DNA of 64,000 nt, taken from contig BDGG01000008.1 in the NCBI GenBank assembly GCA_001949185.1, positions 1,838,761-1,902,760 of the forward strand. Direction: 5' to 3'. This DNA comes from Ramazzottius varieornatus. Its lineage: Eukaryota > Animalia > Tardigrada. Positions within the stretch are counted from its first letter, which is position 1; each line of letters begins with the position of its first letter. Shown here piece after piece: positions 38,080 to 50,929 of this stretch. Both the position numbers and the translations under genes were made by a program. The notes beneath the pieces were generated by a model, which was not told where the DNA came from, did no database searches, and saw only the letters and a program-made list of their open reading frames with translations.

Positions 38080-38441
38080 CTTGGATCGCTAGTGGGCAGG
38101 GGCTGCGGACGAACGATGGAAGCTGCAGATCAGGGAATGTACCTAGAATATGTTCCCAAAAATAAGAACAGGTCATGACCGCCATGGCTCGCTGGCTGCA
38201 CGTTTGTGCTCTTCTCAACGTACAGAGCAAAAAGAGTTACTTACAAACTATGGTAGAGGAAAAACGCACAGAGATTCTTGACGCGTCCTGCCAGAATAGC
38301 GACTGGTCTCCGTGACTTTTGGAAGAAAAACATCAAGAAAATTTCATTTGCTCACGTTGCAAACAAGTTGGAACGATACTGAACAAAAAGGGAACAGAGT
38401 GAATCAGCCGAACTTAACCGGACGGCAGAGGGAACGACATA

Positions 38442-39401
38442 CAGTGTACGACAAAATTAACCGTTAAAATGGGAGTAACACTCCAGCTGAACTCACTCAC
38501 CACTCAGCCAATAAGAATTAGGTTTTGCTGCGTGCGCAAATTTCATTGGCTGTAACCATCTGGCTCCACACACCGATTTTTAACGGTTTATCTTCAGTGT
38601 TGCTCCGATTATTGTAATTCGTAAATCAAAATGGCCAAATTTGACGGTTTTGGAATTCCGAAATAACAATTGAAATTGCAAATTCTGGGTTGGTCATTTC
38701 GATATTAATCGGAATTGAATCGAAATTCCAAGAACGAGAAGATATTTTAATGTAAAATTGAAATCCAAGATGTTGGTAATTCGAATACTAACTGACAAAA
38801 AAGAAGCGCGCAAAATAGACGTGGATACATCACTTTCTCGCCTTGTGAAGCACCGTCAGTGCTTGATTGAGTGATTACTGTACGCTGGTGCACGTACACA
38901 GCAAAATCAGAATGCGTACCTCGTACAAAGTTCTTCGCGAAGCTGCAGTTCGTCCTTGAATGACGTATACGTGACCAGCACCTGGCGGGCCTTGCTAGGG
39001 TTCTGTTTCTCAAGTGGGGTTCAAGATTACCCCTACGCGACGCACCGTGGCTCTTTCATGGAGCATAACAGTCCGTATTGACGACAGCCATCCGTACTGG
39101 ATACCTTAGGAACGACGGATTCTCTACGAAATACCAGAGGGTCAATTTAAACGCTTACCCGTCCGACGCGTGGTACCGAACAGAAATGCCAATTTTATGA
39201 AAACTCAAATTACAAAACACCATCCCAATGATTGGAATAATTTCAATTGTTGTCGAAACTTGAATTTGAATTAATCGTAATGGATGATCCAGCCAGGACG
39301 AGGTACTTGTAATTCATACTGCTGATACGCGATTAATCGTAATTGCAATTGAAACTGAAAAAGTCATATCGGAACAACACTGTTACTCTTGTCGTACACT
39401 G
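38442..39401. mobile_element. Tc1/pogo-type MITE (CAGTGTACGACAA TIR) with a nested hAT MITE
   Basis: 13-bp TIR; TA on the left flank; similar to the ends of 27957-29309. Confidence 0.7.
38595..39382. mobile_element. hAT-type MITE, CAGTGTTGTTCCGA family (AATT-rich)
   Basis: TIR CAGTGTTGyTCCGAT; degenerate 8-bp TSD tttatctt/ttactctt. Confidence 0.8.
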
Positions 39402-39689
39402 TTCGAGTAGATACCATCAGAAAATGGAAACTTGAGAAACCATTGGCCACAACAGCAAACAGGGCGGAACATGATGGCGATGGAAAATGAATCTTTTGCT
39501 CCCTGCTTCCTCAATCCCGCTGATTCGATCACTAGAGTAGAGACAGCTGATATTTTGGCGCTCCCAACACTAACCAGCGGTGGACCATTCTGACGTAGTG
39601 TTTTGTCCCTTATGGTCTGCCAAGTCTCCATTTCTGTTGGCATCCACTCATTCGTCACATAAGTCACATGATGCAATGCGGTTTGATGC

Positions 39690-40108
39690 TAGGGTTGTTA
39701 AAAACCAGTTCACCAACGGATGGATTTGGATCAATCCGGATAGAATCTGGATTGGATGTGCTCCCCAACCATCCAGCTGCCAACCGGATATACATTCTAT
39801 CCATCCGGCTTTCTATCCGGATGGAACAACGGCTTGGGCAAGAGACTTCGAGCCCTTGTTACAGCTCAAAACAACTTGGAGTCGGATACACGCCTCGTTC
39901 TGGCTAAAACCTCGAGATTCGATTGAATCTGAGCGAGATTTTCGATCCGTCAGTAACCAGTCGCCCTTTTGGACGAAATTTTTTTTCTCTTTTGACCAAA
40001 ACCCTAATCCAGATACAATCCTGATGATCCGGACAGGGGGTTCATCCATCCAGCATCCATCCGGATGGATGTTCCATCCAACCGGCTCCAATCTGGATAG
40101 GAACCCCA
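39690..40108. mobile_element. Probable hAT-type MITE (GGAT/ATCC-rich)
   Basis: TAGGGTT...AACCCCA ends and dense GGAT/ATCC motifs; TSD not recovered. Confidence 0.5.
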
Positions 40109-40394
40109 ACCATCTTACTCAAATCCTTTTCGTTTCCAAATGCGTCATCGACGCCTGTTCTTGTATGACTAGCGTGCGAACCGTTGGTCACTCTGAATGA
40201 AATGTGAACCAGTGGAGCAGAAAACCGGAAGGTACAAAATCGCCTTTCAAGGTCGACTCTTGGGGATTTTTTCGGGGAATATTTATTGTTTTGCCCATAT
40301 TAATCCATCGGTCCGTTCCAAAATTTTCGGGAAATGAAATCGGAAAATTAGGAAATCAACGAGAACTGAATCATCTGTGTGGCATCAAGTTTGA

Positions 40395-43300
40395 TTAGGA
40401 TAACGGGCTGGCAGATTCCCGTGATGACAGGGTCGAAGACTCCTCTTGAACATGGATTTCATCCGTTTGCAAAGCCCACCACAACGATCCGTTGCCATCG
40501 GTGACCTCCCGTTTTCTGTAAGAAATATTGATCCTGATGAAGTTCGTACATATTTGCATGCTCTGCTGGATAGTTCGGTCCCAACTCACTTCAGACCAAG
40601 CCACGCAGTGACCGCAAGAAATACGGATAGTCCAGCAAGCACTCCAGCGATGATGATGCTAGTCGAGGGATGGCCTACGGTATGAGAGCAGATGTCCGGT
40701 TACAGCTGTGTAAAACAAACTTGACGACGCAAACACGGCAAATCTCAGATCCCTGTGATCCTCACCACCGGAATGGCAGCGGTCTCCGCTGAATCCGCAA
40801 ACTGGTTGATCGGGCGGAGGTTTTCCGCCGCTCATCCGCCACTCCGCGGCCAAGACAGACGTGTCTTTAAGTACTCTGGCAAGAGCATCGTATCGCCAGG
40901 CCTCCTACGCCGAAAACTTCCTACTGCCCTCTTTTATCACGGCTGACCAACAAGAGACCAAGAATGTTGCGCCCATTTGCAGATACCTCGATAGCTCCGG
41001 AAGACACGTTGAGACGGGAAAAAACGACATCGTCTATTCGCATTCCTTGAAGTAGAAGAACCATGTGCCAAACTGAGGTTCGTGTACGCAGTGTACCGAC
41101 TCACCATAGGGTCCCATTGTGAGGTTCCTGGATGGAAAGCAGAAAGTGCGATTCCAGAAACGTCTGGCGAATTGTATGCCATCTAGATCGGCGGTCCGTA
41201 CATTCTGTTGAAGGATCTATCGAGGACGTACGTATACGTAAGTGGTCCATGTGTCAAGCTCACAATGTAAGGTTGGCGACGCGCAGAAACATCCAGACAT
41301 ACCTCAGCGGATGCCAGCAGGATTTCGTACGCCGAAATGGCAAACTCACTGTACTACACAAACTATGTACGGGTACACAGAGTTCGTAAATTTTGCAGAC
41401 AGTACACTGAAGAGGAACAATCCATACCATGTTACTCGCCGATCCAGATAACAAAGCTTTTATGTGATAGCTGAGACCCTAAGCTACAAAGGATCGGGAA
41501 GGAAGGCAGAGGACCACTTCCTGGAGCTGGGGAAAATCCCACAGGTGCATCTTTCACCGTTGAACCAGTGTTATAGGCTGTATGGCGTCACACAGGACAA
41601 CTCGAAAACCAGTGTTGTTCCAATATGACTTTGTGGATTTTAACTGCAATTACGGCTAATCGGGATACCCCGGGCGGCAGCAGTTTTAGTTATCTAACAT
41701 GCAGCTCAGCTAAATTGGCAATTAGAATTAATTAGAATTCAGCTCCCGACAGCAATTCTGATTATTTCAATTTTTGAGGTTCATTTCTGAGATTCGGATA
41801 TCCATATAGTTGTGTTTAAGCAGCTTAAGTCTCTCGTTCCGTGCGCGTGAAATGCCCGGCAGATGTTTGGCACGAAGCACGTTATACTCGAGGCATTGAA
41901 TACGGACGCGCTGATTGATCAGATACCGTAAAACCCCCTCAAACCTCGCGCATACTTCATCGTACTCGCGAAACAGCCCTTAGGGGTTGGTAGGGAAAAC
42001 TGTCGCGACCGGGGCTCAATTTTGAGCGTTCGCTGATGCCGCGCGCGCGTGGCTCACGATGCAACCCAGTTAGCATCGAGTATTAACACTCTGTGTACGA
42101 CCGTCATCTCTGTGTATACAATCACTCAGTTTTGTTCACCTCCCAGTTTTAGCTTTTGGTCTTTCGGGTCTGGGTCTTTCTTTTTGCATGTACCTCGGTC
42201 TTCTCACTAACGCAACACTAATGACCAGCGGTCAGCAAAACCCCAGCACGCTGGAAATTGTTTCTACGGTTTCGGGTGGTTTTGGTGAAATTTGGTGTTT
42301 CGTCTCTTCGCGCGAGACGGTATTCGCTTAGAAAAAAACTGGAGCACGGGGGACAGTCTTATCTATCGAAGCCGAGCCTGGGATAAGTTTTGTAGTCATC
42401 GGTGCGGTCAGAAGAAAATCAAGACGACCAGTTCTCCCTTTTATGATTTGGCGTTCATGGCCTGCCAATTATCCGAATTTTGAAATTTCGAAAATTGCCT
42501 ATTGGTTGGACCAGCCTCCGCAACACGGTACCAGCCAATAAATTCTTGTATACACAAAGGGAACGGTAGTATTCTGCAAACATGAAAACGATCGTGCTGA
42601 AAGTGTTAAAGCAGTAAGCACCTTGCTCCTTCGTGCGACAAACACATGCGCACACACATTCGCCCAATCAAGCGCCAGAACACGCAAAAATCCCGTAACC
42701 TGATACACCCACGTTAGTTTCACTACACTGTTGGCGCAAATTCAGTAGTTTCAATTGCCGGATTTTGCATTTCAATCATCAGTTATAATTTCTTATCCTT
42801 TTCAAATTCTAATTCAATTCTAGTTGATTAGTGGAATTGTCCAGCCTGGGATTTGCCATTTCAATTGTCATATTGGAACTCCAAAACGGTCGTTTTTGGC
42901 CATTTTCAATTATCAATTGTAATTATCGGAACAACACTGTCGAAACTGCACGGTTATTTGAGAAAACTAGATTTCACTCTTGAAGGCGTAAAATAAAATT
43001 CTGGACCTCATACCAGTAAGGAATGGCCGAACTCGTGTTTCTCGCAGTTTCTGACAGAGCCGGTTACAGCCGCAGTATAAACATACAAACAACATATTTT
43101 CTTCGAAAGGTTTGCTTTTTGTTGGTGCCTTTTGTTGGTATGAGGTTCAAAGCTTCATTTTACACCTTCCACACGTGAAATCTAGGGTTGTTTCGAATAA
43201 CCATCCAGTTCCTGGATGATCTTGTGTAACGCCATATACAGGCCATAACACTGGCTCTACGGTGGACGATGCACCTTTGAGATTTTCTCCAGCCCCAGGA

Positions 43301-45531
43301 AGTGGTCCTCTGCCTTTCCTGCCGAAACTTTTTAGAGAGCCAGGAGCCTCAGCTGTCACAAAAAAGAGCACTGGTTTTTTGATCGGCGAGTGACATGGTC
43401 TGAATGGTCCTCCTGAGTGCAGTGCGGTGTACGATAGATCCGCGCATATAGCGTGAAGGAATCGAAGTCGATATCGATGGCTCACCTTTTGGTCCTCTGT
43501 GTAGGTCGTATTGAAGTAGTCTTCGGCCGCATCAGAAATATCTCCTACCCAGTCTGCGATTTTGTCCCACTCGGGATCGATGTTTGAGTAGATGATGAGA
43601 CTTTTGAAGGTTTCGAAAGCGACCTGGCTTATCAGGAAATCACAGTTAAAGTTTCACACAAGAATCGATGCGAAATAAGATGATCAGTAACGAGCTGTTC
43701 ATGAAACTGCACCTCGTCCTGTCCGTCGTCAAATTTCCACGTTACGGGTCCCCTTGTTGGAGCCCGAGTGATCATGCCGGCTAGGAACACCTGCAACTCA
43801 GGACCAGTGAACGGTGCGAGCATCCCTTGTTTTCAGTTTACGTGAACTGCCCTAGTTATAAAATTTTAAGGAACGAGGTTTTAAGCACCCACACGAATGT
43901 CGAAAGTATACTTCAGTTTCCTCAAACGATTTCTGAGCGTGCTCATGAGGACATTTTAGTCCAACGCGTAACGAGCGTGGTTGGTCAGCCAGACCCGAGG
44001 TGACTGGTCTGCCAAACTGTGGAAAACGGTCAGTTTCTCTCAAAAGAGACCACAAGAGAAGCAAGTACCGACACAGTGTACCTGAATTTCGTCACACCTG
44101 AGGAACAACTGTCTGAGTAGGGCTGCACACAGAGAAGTTGACAGCTATTCACCTATCCAGAACTTTTAGCAAGCATCCCGAAGGGAACACGAATTTCACT
44201 TACATAGTCACCATCGGTCATGGCAAGCGTATGGGCGCACACCTGAATGAAAATACGGATAGGTTTTGTTGTTCGGTTCGTGGGAGCTAAAATGTTCCTG
44301 GTTCCTGGGAAAAATCGCGTTTCTCACCATGATATCGCGCAGGATTATCGGATGAGTCATTAGAACGATCACTGCAAATGAGCGCACAATGGTACTATAA
44401 TAGTTTTGTAAATCTAACGCCTAATGCTGCTTACCTCTGCTCCGTTTTTTTGCTTGTAATAAGAAACCAGCGTAGTCGGAGGCGAATTTTGAATCAAAAT
44501 CGAAGTTGTAAAAGTTGTATTTAGTCCGCTGCTGTGACTGGATAAGGCGGAGGTTGGCGCAAGCAACAATAAAGAAAGCGTTGACACCCGGAAACTGAGA
44601 TAAAGCGTCGCAAACGGTAGTCACGGTCCGCCATTTGAAGCAATCGAGTAATGCCAAGAGACTTCTTGGCATGCTGGTGTGGTCCACACCAGCGGCGGTC
44701 AGCGTAGTCGGGTAACGTTGTTTGTTTGCTAGCCTAGAATCTCCAGCAGAACTGAAAGACATGGTGACACTATCTCTAATACAATCTTAAGACTTCCCGC
44801 ACAGTAAAGAATTACTGTATATGGCACGCTATGAAGTGTTCTGCAGTTTACTGTACCTACGGCAGGCTGCTTACCTCGAGAACAGTGGAATGTTCCATTC
44901 TATGTATAAAGTAAACACTCTTCATGAACTCTCTCACAGAAAAGCGCAAAGGGGAAGTTCCCATTCATGATTGAAAGGGATAGTATTGTCTTCCTCAAGA
45001 GTGGCGAGGTGTGGTACGTACCTCTTGCAAAATCTCCCAGGGTCATGGTCTCCATACTGCAGCCTACAACGAACTATGATGATAGAACCTATCTTAGCCT
45101 AGTCTTGAACTTAAACTTGAACTCAAACTTGAATAAAGATCTCTACAACGAGTGCTGATTCATAGGTTAAGTTTAATCGATCTTTTCATACTGGCTGTAT
45201 AGACGACGGTAAAGCCGGTTGTCAGATCCAGAATTTCACTAATTTGTCCTGCGATGAAGTTCATCTGCACAGCTCCGTCCGCGCAACTGATAAGTCCTCC
45301 AGGATAATAAATAGTGTGCAGTGTCAGGTTTCTGTACACTTCCGGATATAGGGTTTTTGCTTTCTCCAGCGCCGCAGCGTATGCCGGCCCAGTTGAGATG
45401 AAACCATACAACGGGTTTTGACCAGTGTAGACGGTGATAACATTAAGCCGCAATGCCGAAGCGCTAATTTGAGCGCAGATAAACCCAATTACCATAGACA
45501 CAACTTCAAGATACTGTGTAACCTTTTTCAT
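40395..45531 (-). CDS. ANF-receptor-domain single-pass receptor without cyclase (gene B, many short exons)
   Basis: In-frame exons: LNVITVYTGQNPLYG, CSMETMTLGDFAREWNIP, NKQRYPT, MTDGDY, WKFDDGQDE, FWNRTF, PPPDQPVCGFSGDRC, TM IIIAGVLAGLSVFLAVTAWLGL, 40-aa tail ending at the TAA at 40395. Start could be 45669. Confidence 0.85.
41610..42939. mobile_element. hAT-type MITE, CAGTGTTGTTCC family
   Basis: TIR CAGTGTTGTTCC; TSD tcgaaaac/tcgaaact. Confidence 0.82.
42087..42605. mobile_element. piggyBac-like non-autonomous element
   Basis: TTAA on both sides; CACT...AGTG termini; second copy at 6631-7158. Confidence 0.8.
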
Positions 45532-46942
45532 TCTCTTGGTCCCTAATATCGCGGCGCCGGTTATAATCATGTGGCTAAGGGAAATTGTTCGAGTGGTAAC
45601 ACAAACGAAGGAAGAAATGGCGCGTGGATTTCGTTGGATGTCGATGTCTAGTATGGTTTCTCGTTGCATCGTCTGTCATGGGCGTACGATATCGATATTT
45701 TCCGCAACCAGCGTGCATCTCCGAACGAATATTCGATCGGAGGTGCATGCATGGACCATATTATGAATTGCCGTATGGATCAATTGACCATATGGATTCA
45801 ATTGACCATAGTATAGATTGCTCGGGATTGTGTCCTCGAGCAATCCATATGGTCAATCGGATCACCAGATGTCTGTTCCCTCAACAGTGAGAAAGACTTC
45901 TCCCGTGTCGGATACTTTCTAAAAGCAGAGAAAGCCTTCCAATTGTCCTGCGGTAAAACGAAGTCCGTCCCCCGGCTCGAGATCAGTGAAGGGTATGACC
46001 CGCGTTGTTGTGTCTGGTGCGTTTCTCGAGAAGTTCGAAAGCCGTACAGGACTTGCATATGTCACGGTACCCTGGTGCTAGGAACCATGTGTCGGCATTT
46101 CCTTTGTTTATAATGTCGTGGGTGGGAAACCGAGTATCATTACAGAGATAATGCAGCTGTATATTAAGCTCACATGGCTGGTAGCAGGCCAATTGCATTG
46201 CCTTCTGCTTCAAGGGGCTCATGGAGTAAGCTGTCATTCCATGTCGTTAGGTCATTTATGCGCTTACCAAGCTTTGAATGCAGTTTTCTTTACGATGACG
46301 GACCACGCAAGGCGTGTCTGAAGTACAGAAAAAAGGGTCATCCCCACCGCCGATTAGAATGAGTTAACGTTATAACTACGCAGTAGCGAGGCCGTTCATA
46401 AAATTCAGCACTGGACTCGCCTTGGAGTTGAACTCGCCTCGGCGTCCATTCGGCGTCAGAAAGTACTCGTCGTACGAGATAGAAAAATTCGTTGTAACGC
46501 CGAACTGCACATCGACAGCAGAAGTCGAAATTCGCACTTTACGTAATTCCAAAAGAGGAAACGTTAATCAAATCTCGATCCCATTAGCTCATCTTGTCTA
46601 CTGACTGCTCCAATTGAACCCTTACGAATCAGGATGTATTCATGTAGTCGTAAAAAGTATTCGCAGCGGCTCGGTGCACGAACTTCCACACGAACAATTT
46701 CTCGTGCATGAGCATATCTTAGTGCGTACCATGATTAATATGAGTGACAGCTCGTGCAGATTTTTCCTTTACCGAAAGTCTGTTTTGGTTAATGCTAGCT
46801 GACAACAAGTTGCACATATACATTTGTCACAAGAGATTTTGTAAAGGTGACTAATTCATCCACCAGAAGTCATTCGTGGTGAATTTAATGAACAATGACA
46901 AACTTTATCTAACAGTGCGGCTAACAAAAATGGGTCCATTTG

Positions 46943-49900
46943 TCATGAATGATTTGTCTGTTCAGTTCTGCAGGAAAGTGATCGATAGGAAAGGCGAGTC
47001 ATGCTGAATTTAAGATACGTTCGTGGCGATCTCATCTCTTGTGTAGCAGTAGTATCAAACAAAGCTGTGTGGTTTGATTCATCCATTTCGCCAGACAGAC
47101 ACGCATACAAACTAGATCCACGTTCCTTGTTCCTGCAGGAACGGTGTGGGAAAAGCTGAAGAAACCGCTCCAGTCTTTTGCTTTGTTTTCTGAGAATTTC
47201 AGGCCCACGGTTGCCACCGGTGCATTGCCTCGCTCTTTGCTGCCACCGGAAAGGAGAAGTCGTTGGTTTGCAGTACCCACCAGGAAAAATCTGTATGCAG
47301 TCCATGGCGTCTCCTGTACAAAATACGGCACCAATTACCACATCCTACGTAGGCACAGCTATAAAGCTCCTGTCCGAATAGACTACGACTCTAAAAATAA
47401 ATGATGAAGTCTTTGCCGAATTATGGGTGCAGTACTATCAATAGTTACGCCACCCGGCTGGCCTGTAACTGACAAGGTTGGTAAATCACCGCGGCTTACT
47501 TTATGAAGTAGCGTGTGAAAAAAACAACAGCCACTAACAGTCCCGCAAGGACACCAGACACTGTATCGATGGAAGACGAGGAACCTGCGCATAAACCTCA
47601 TAGCAAAACTTGGTTTCGGTTCGAAAAATCAATTATCGATAACTTCTGCTGATGCGAGACATGGTACCTAGCTACATTACCTGTCGAGTCGCACTGGCTT
47701 CCGCTGAATCCACAAGCAGGATGATCCGGCGGTGGAATTCCGCCAGTCATAGGCCAGTAGCTTGCCAAGGATGAAGAGTTTTTCAGTAATTTTTCTACTG
47801 CGTCGTACCGCCATGTTTCCTGTGGAGAACCCGAAGATTCGTTAATATAGCTAGCTGTGAAGTAGATGGTCTAGAATATCTTGTGTATCATGTGGCTTTC
47901 GACAAATGTATACCTCGAGTTCTCCTGAAGATGCATTCAGACGAAAAAATACAACGTTGTCCGCCCTCATCCCTGAGCCAGAGTTTGTGATTAACAGAGT
48001 GAACAGGTTGTGAACTGCACGTTGCTGACCCACTAGTACAGCTTGATATAGGAGGCAAACGCGACGAACCATATGGTCCTATGGTCATATTTCTCGAAGG
48101 AAACTGGAAGACCCTATTCCAGAAATATTTGGCATACTGTCGTCCATCCATGCTGGTTGCGTTGATATTCTCTTGGAAGACCTACAATCGGCAAAGGTAG
48201 TTCGAGGTTCGGATAGCTCGGTTCGGTAATTACAGTACCTGGGCAGATGCCAGCATTACTTCGTAGGCTGAAAGGGCATATTCATTGTACTGCAAGAAAC
48301 CGAAACCGTCCAAACCGGTCAAGTCATATGGACAGCAACAAAAACCCTCACCTTTTGGTCCTCCGTGTAAGTTGTATTGAAACTGACCCTTGCGGTCTCT
48401 GCAATACCTTCAACCCAATCTGCAGTCTTGTTCCAATCGGGTTCGACATTGACGTAGGTTATCAAGCTTCGGAACGCTTCAAACGCCATCTGTCAGAACC
48501 ATGTACACCCAACCAACAATTCAAAATCAAGCCCCAACGTCTAGAAACAGTACCTCGTCTCTCCCGTCGCCAAATTTCCACGTAATAGGGCCCCGAGTTG
48601 GAACTCTGGTTATCGTTCCAGCCAAAAACACCTATGGCATAAAATCTGTAAAGCCTTTGGTCGATGTCATGAAAACGTGCAAGTCTATTCATCACCAAGA
48701 ATGTGCGCTTCAGACGCGTGCTGCCGTTAGGAAGCTAGGTCTCTTACGTATTCTCCGTTTGTCATCTCAAGTGCATGGGCGGTTAGCTGAAAGAACAACT
48801 CAATACATCCGATTGGTGACGGTCCCCTGAAGCAATTCTTGCTGGTTGCCCTGACCTACCATCATTTCCCGCATTATCCGCGGATGAGTTATGAGAACGA
48901 TAACTGAAACCAATGGCATCATGAAATCGCTAACTTAGCTGTTTGACGTTATTAGACAGTACTGTCCTCACCAACTCGTGCACTGAAAGAATAATGACAT
49001 ACCTCGACTATCAGTTTTGGCGCGGCTCAAGAACGGTCTGTAGTCAGACGTCAACCCGGAGTCGAAGTCCGTATCGTAAAAGTTGTACTTGGTGCGCTGT
49101 TTTGACTGGATCAGGCGCAGGTTGGCACAGGCAAGAGCATGGAAGGCATTGAGTCCAGGATATTGTGTCAGTGCGTCACAGAGCGTTGTGACGGTCCTCC
49201 ACTCGAAAAGATCTAGCAATGCAAAAAATCCTTCTGGCATGCTTGTGTGATCAGTGCCCGCGCCAGTAACAGTCGTCGGGTAACGCTGTTTGTTGGTTAT
49301 CCTAGTGTCTCCAGCGGTACTAAAACACCAGTGATTTTAATTCTTTGATGTACCGGCTGCAGCGCCCGTTTTCGAGAACCGCATAGTCTACCATGACTAT
49401 TACCTTGAGAATACTGGTACGTTCCGTTCTGCAACGAGAGAGACTTTGCTCGCAGATTTACGTACAGTACAATTCCAGCGATCATCAAACCTCAAACATA
49501 CCACGCGCAAAATCTCCCAGGACCATCGTCTCGGTGCTACAGCCTGAGGGGAATGAAGATGAACATCAGGATTATGAACTTTGAAGCGTAAGTAGAGTAA
49601 GAGTAACCGATAATTCGAATCTTGAAGCTTTTCATACTTCCGGTATAGATCACAGAGAAGCCTGTCATTCGGCTCAGATACTCGGTAATACTCCCAGCTG
49701 TTAAAACTGTCTGAACGGCTCCGTCGGCACAACTGATAAGTCCTCCAGGGTAATACACAGTATGAAGTGTCACGTTGCGATATACTTCCGGGTACAAGAG
49801 CTTTGCTTCCTGAAGTGCAGTCATGTATGCTGGGCCGGTAGAAAGATATCCATACAGCGGATTTTGACCGATGTATACAGTAATGACGTTCAGCTTGAAT

Positions 49901-49983
49901 GCTGCCACACAGAGTCGGGTCCACGCTGGCCAGGAAAGCATAACACGAGCTCCGGAGAGCAACACCGATTGCTGCCCGCCCAT
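46943..49983 (-). CDS. ANF-receptor-domain single-pass receptor without cyclase (gene C; tandem paralog of gene B)
   Basis: Same exon structure as gene B; PPPDHPACGFSGSQC; TM VSGVLAGLLVAVVFF. Last exon uncertain, but both candidates give a short tail. Confidence 0.8.
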
Positions 49984-50929
49984 CGTTATGAAAGTTACCA
50001 GTGGAGAAAGGCAAGGACGCTCTTTCTGGTTTCATGAGTCAAAAGACACTTTGACGTGCCTCAATGAAGTGTATTCTCTTGCATATTCCGTAGCGCTGAA
50101 AGAAACTTCTGTAGACCATGCGTGCCCCGCGGGAAAACAGGCCACCTGACGTCTCCAAATTGCTTCCATATCATATTGACACACTGGGTACGACCTCAAA
50201 CCGCCCTGTACTTGCTCCAGCTCTGAAAGATTGTTCGGTTAAACTTGGGTTAACGTCTGTGAAGTGGGAAAGTCGCTTATGTGTGCTTTTCCCATCGGTT
50301 TCGACTCTTCCTCTAAAGATGTTAATGGTCGGAGGTTTAGCACATCCCACCACAGTCTCCAGATGACGCAGGTCGAGATTTAACGGGCGCAAGCCGCAAG
50401 GTTTGCTTAATTTACATCTAATACTGTAAAAACGAACAAACGAGTATTGTGGTTATTTCTGATCCATATGACATATCGATGTACAGTGTTTGATTTCGCA
50501 TCAAGTCATTAACGCCTAACCCGAGAACGTAAAGTGCAGTGTACAAAAGGAACCCCTCCCCGGCGACCACTTGGCCCTGCAACAACCGCAACCCATACCA
50601 GGTGACCGCGGAAGGGATGGATACATATGTACACAAAGTGCAGGATGCATCCCGACTACTGTGAATTCTTGTAGCATATTACCCCGATTACATAGGCAGA
50701 GCGGTGCTGCTAAAAGGGGCCTCCACCGGGGTTTGGTCCAACAGAACCGAGATAGTGCGAGAATAAAAATTGCTTTCTCAGAAGGCTTCACCTAGTGTAC
50801 CTAGGCTTGCCACAGATAAACTAACATAAAGACTTTTATCCATTTTTCATCCGCGGATAAGGGATTCCTTTGTCGCGGATGAAAAATGAATGATGATGGA
50901 TAATAAGGACTGATTGCTGTTTCCGACAG

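Larger units (their letters stand above)
41400..43424. mobile_element. Long-TIR (foldback-like) element in a gene B intron
   Basis: Arm 41400-41609 plus 42940-43010 is an inverted, diverged copy of 43150-43424. Termini CAsTrCACT. Confidence 0.7.

Noticed and set aside
43147-43485. 112-aa ORF with an inverted second copy, as a small gene pair
   Set aside because: It lies in the arm of a long-TIR element, and the other arm has indels.
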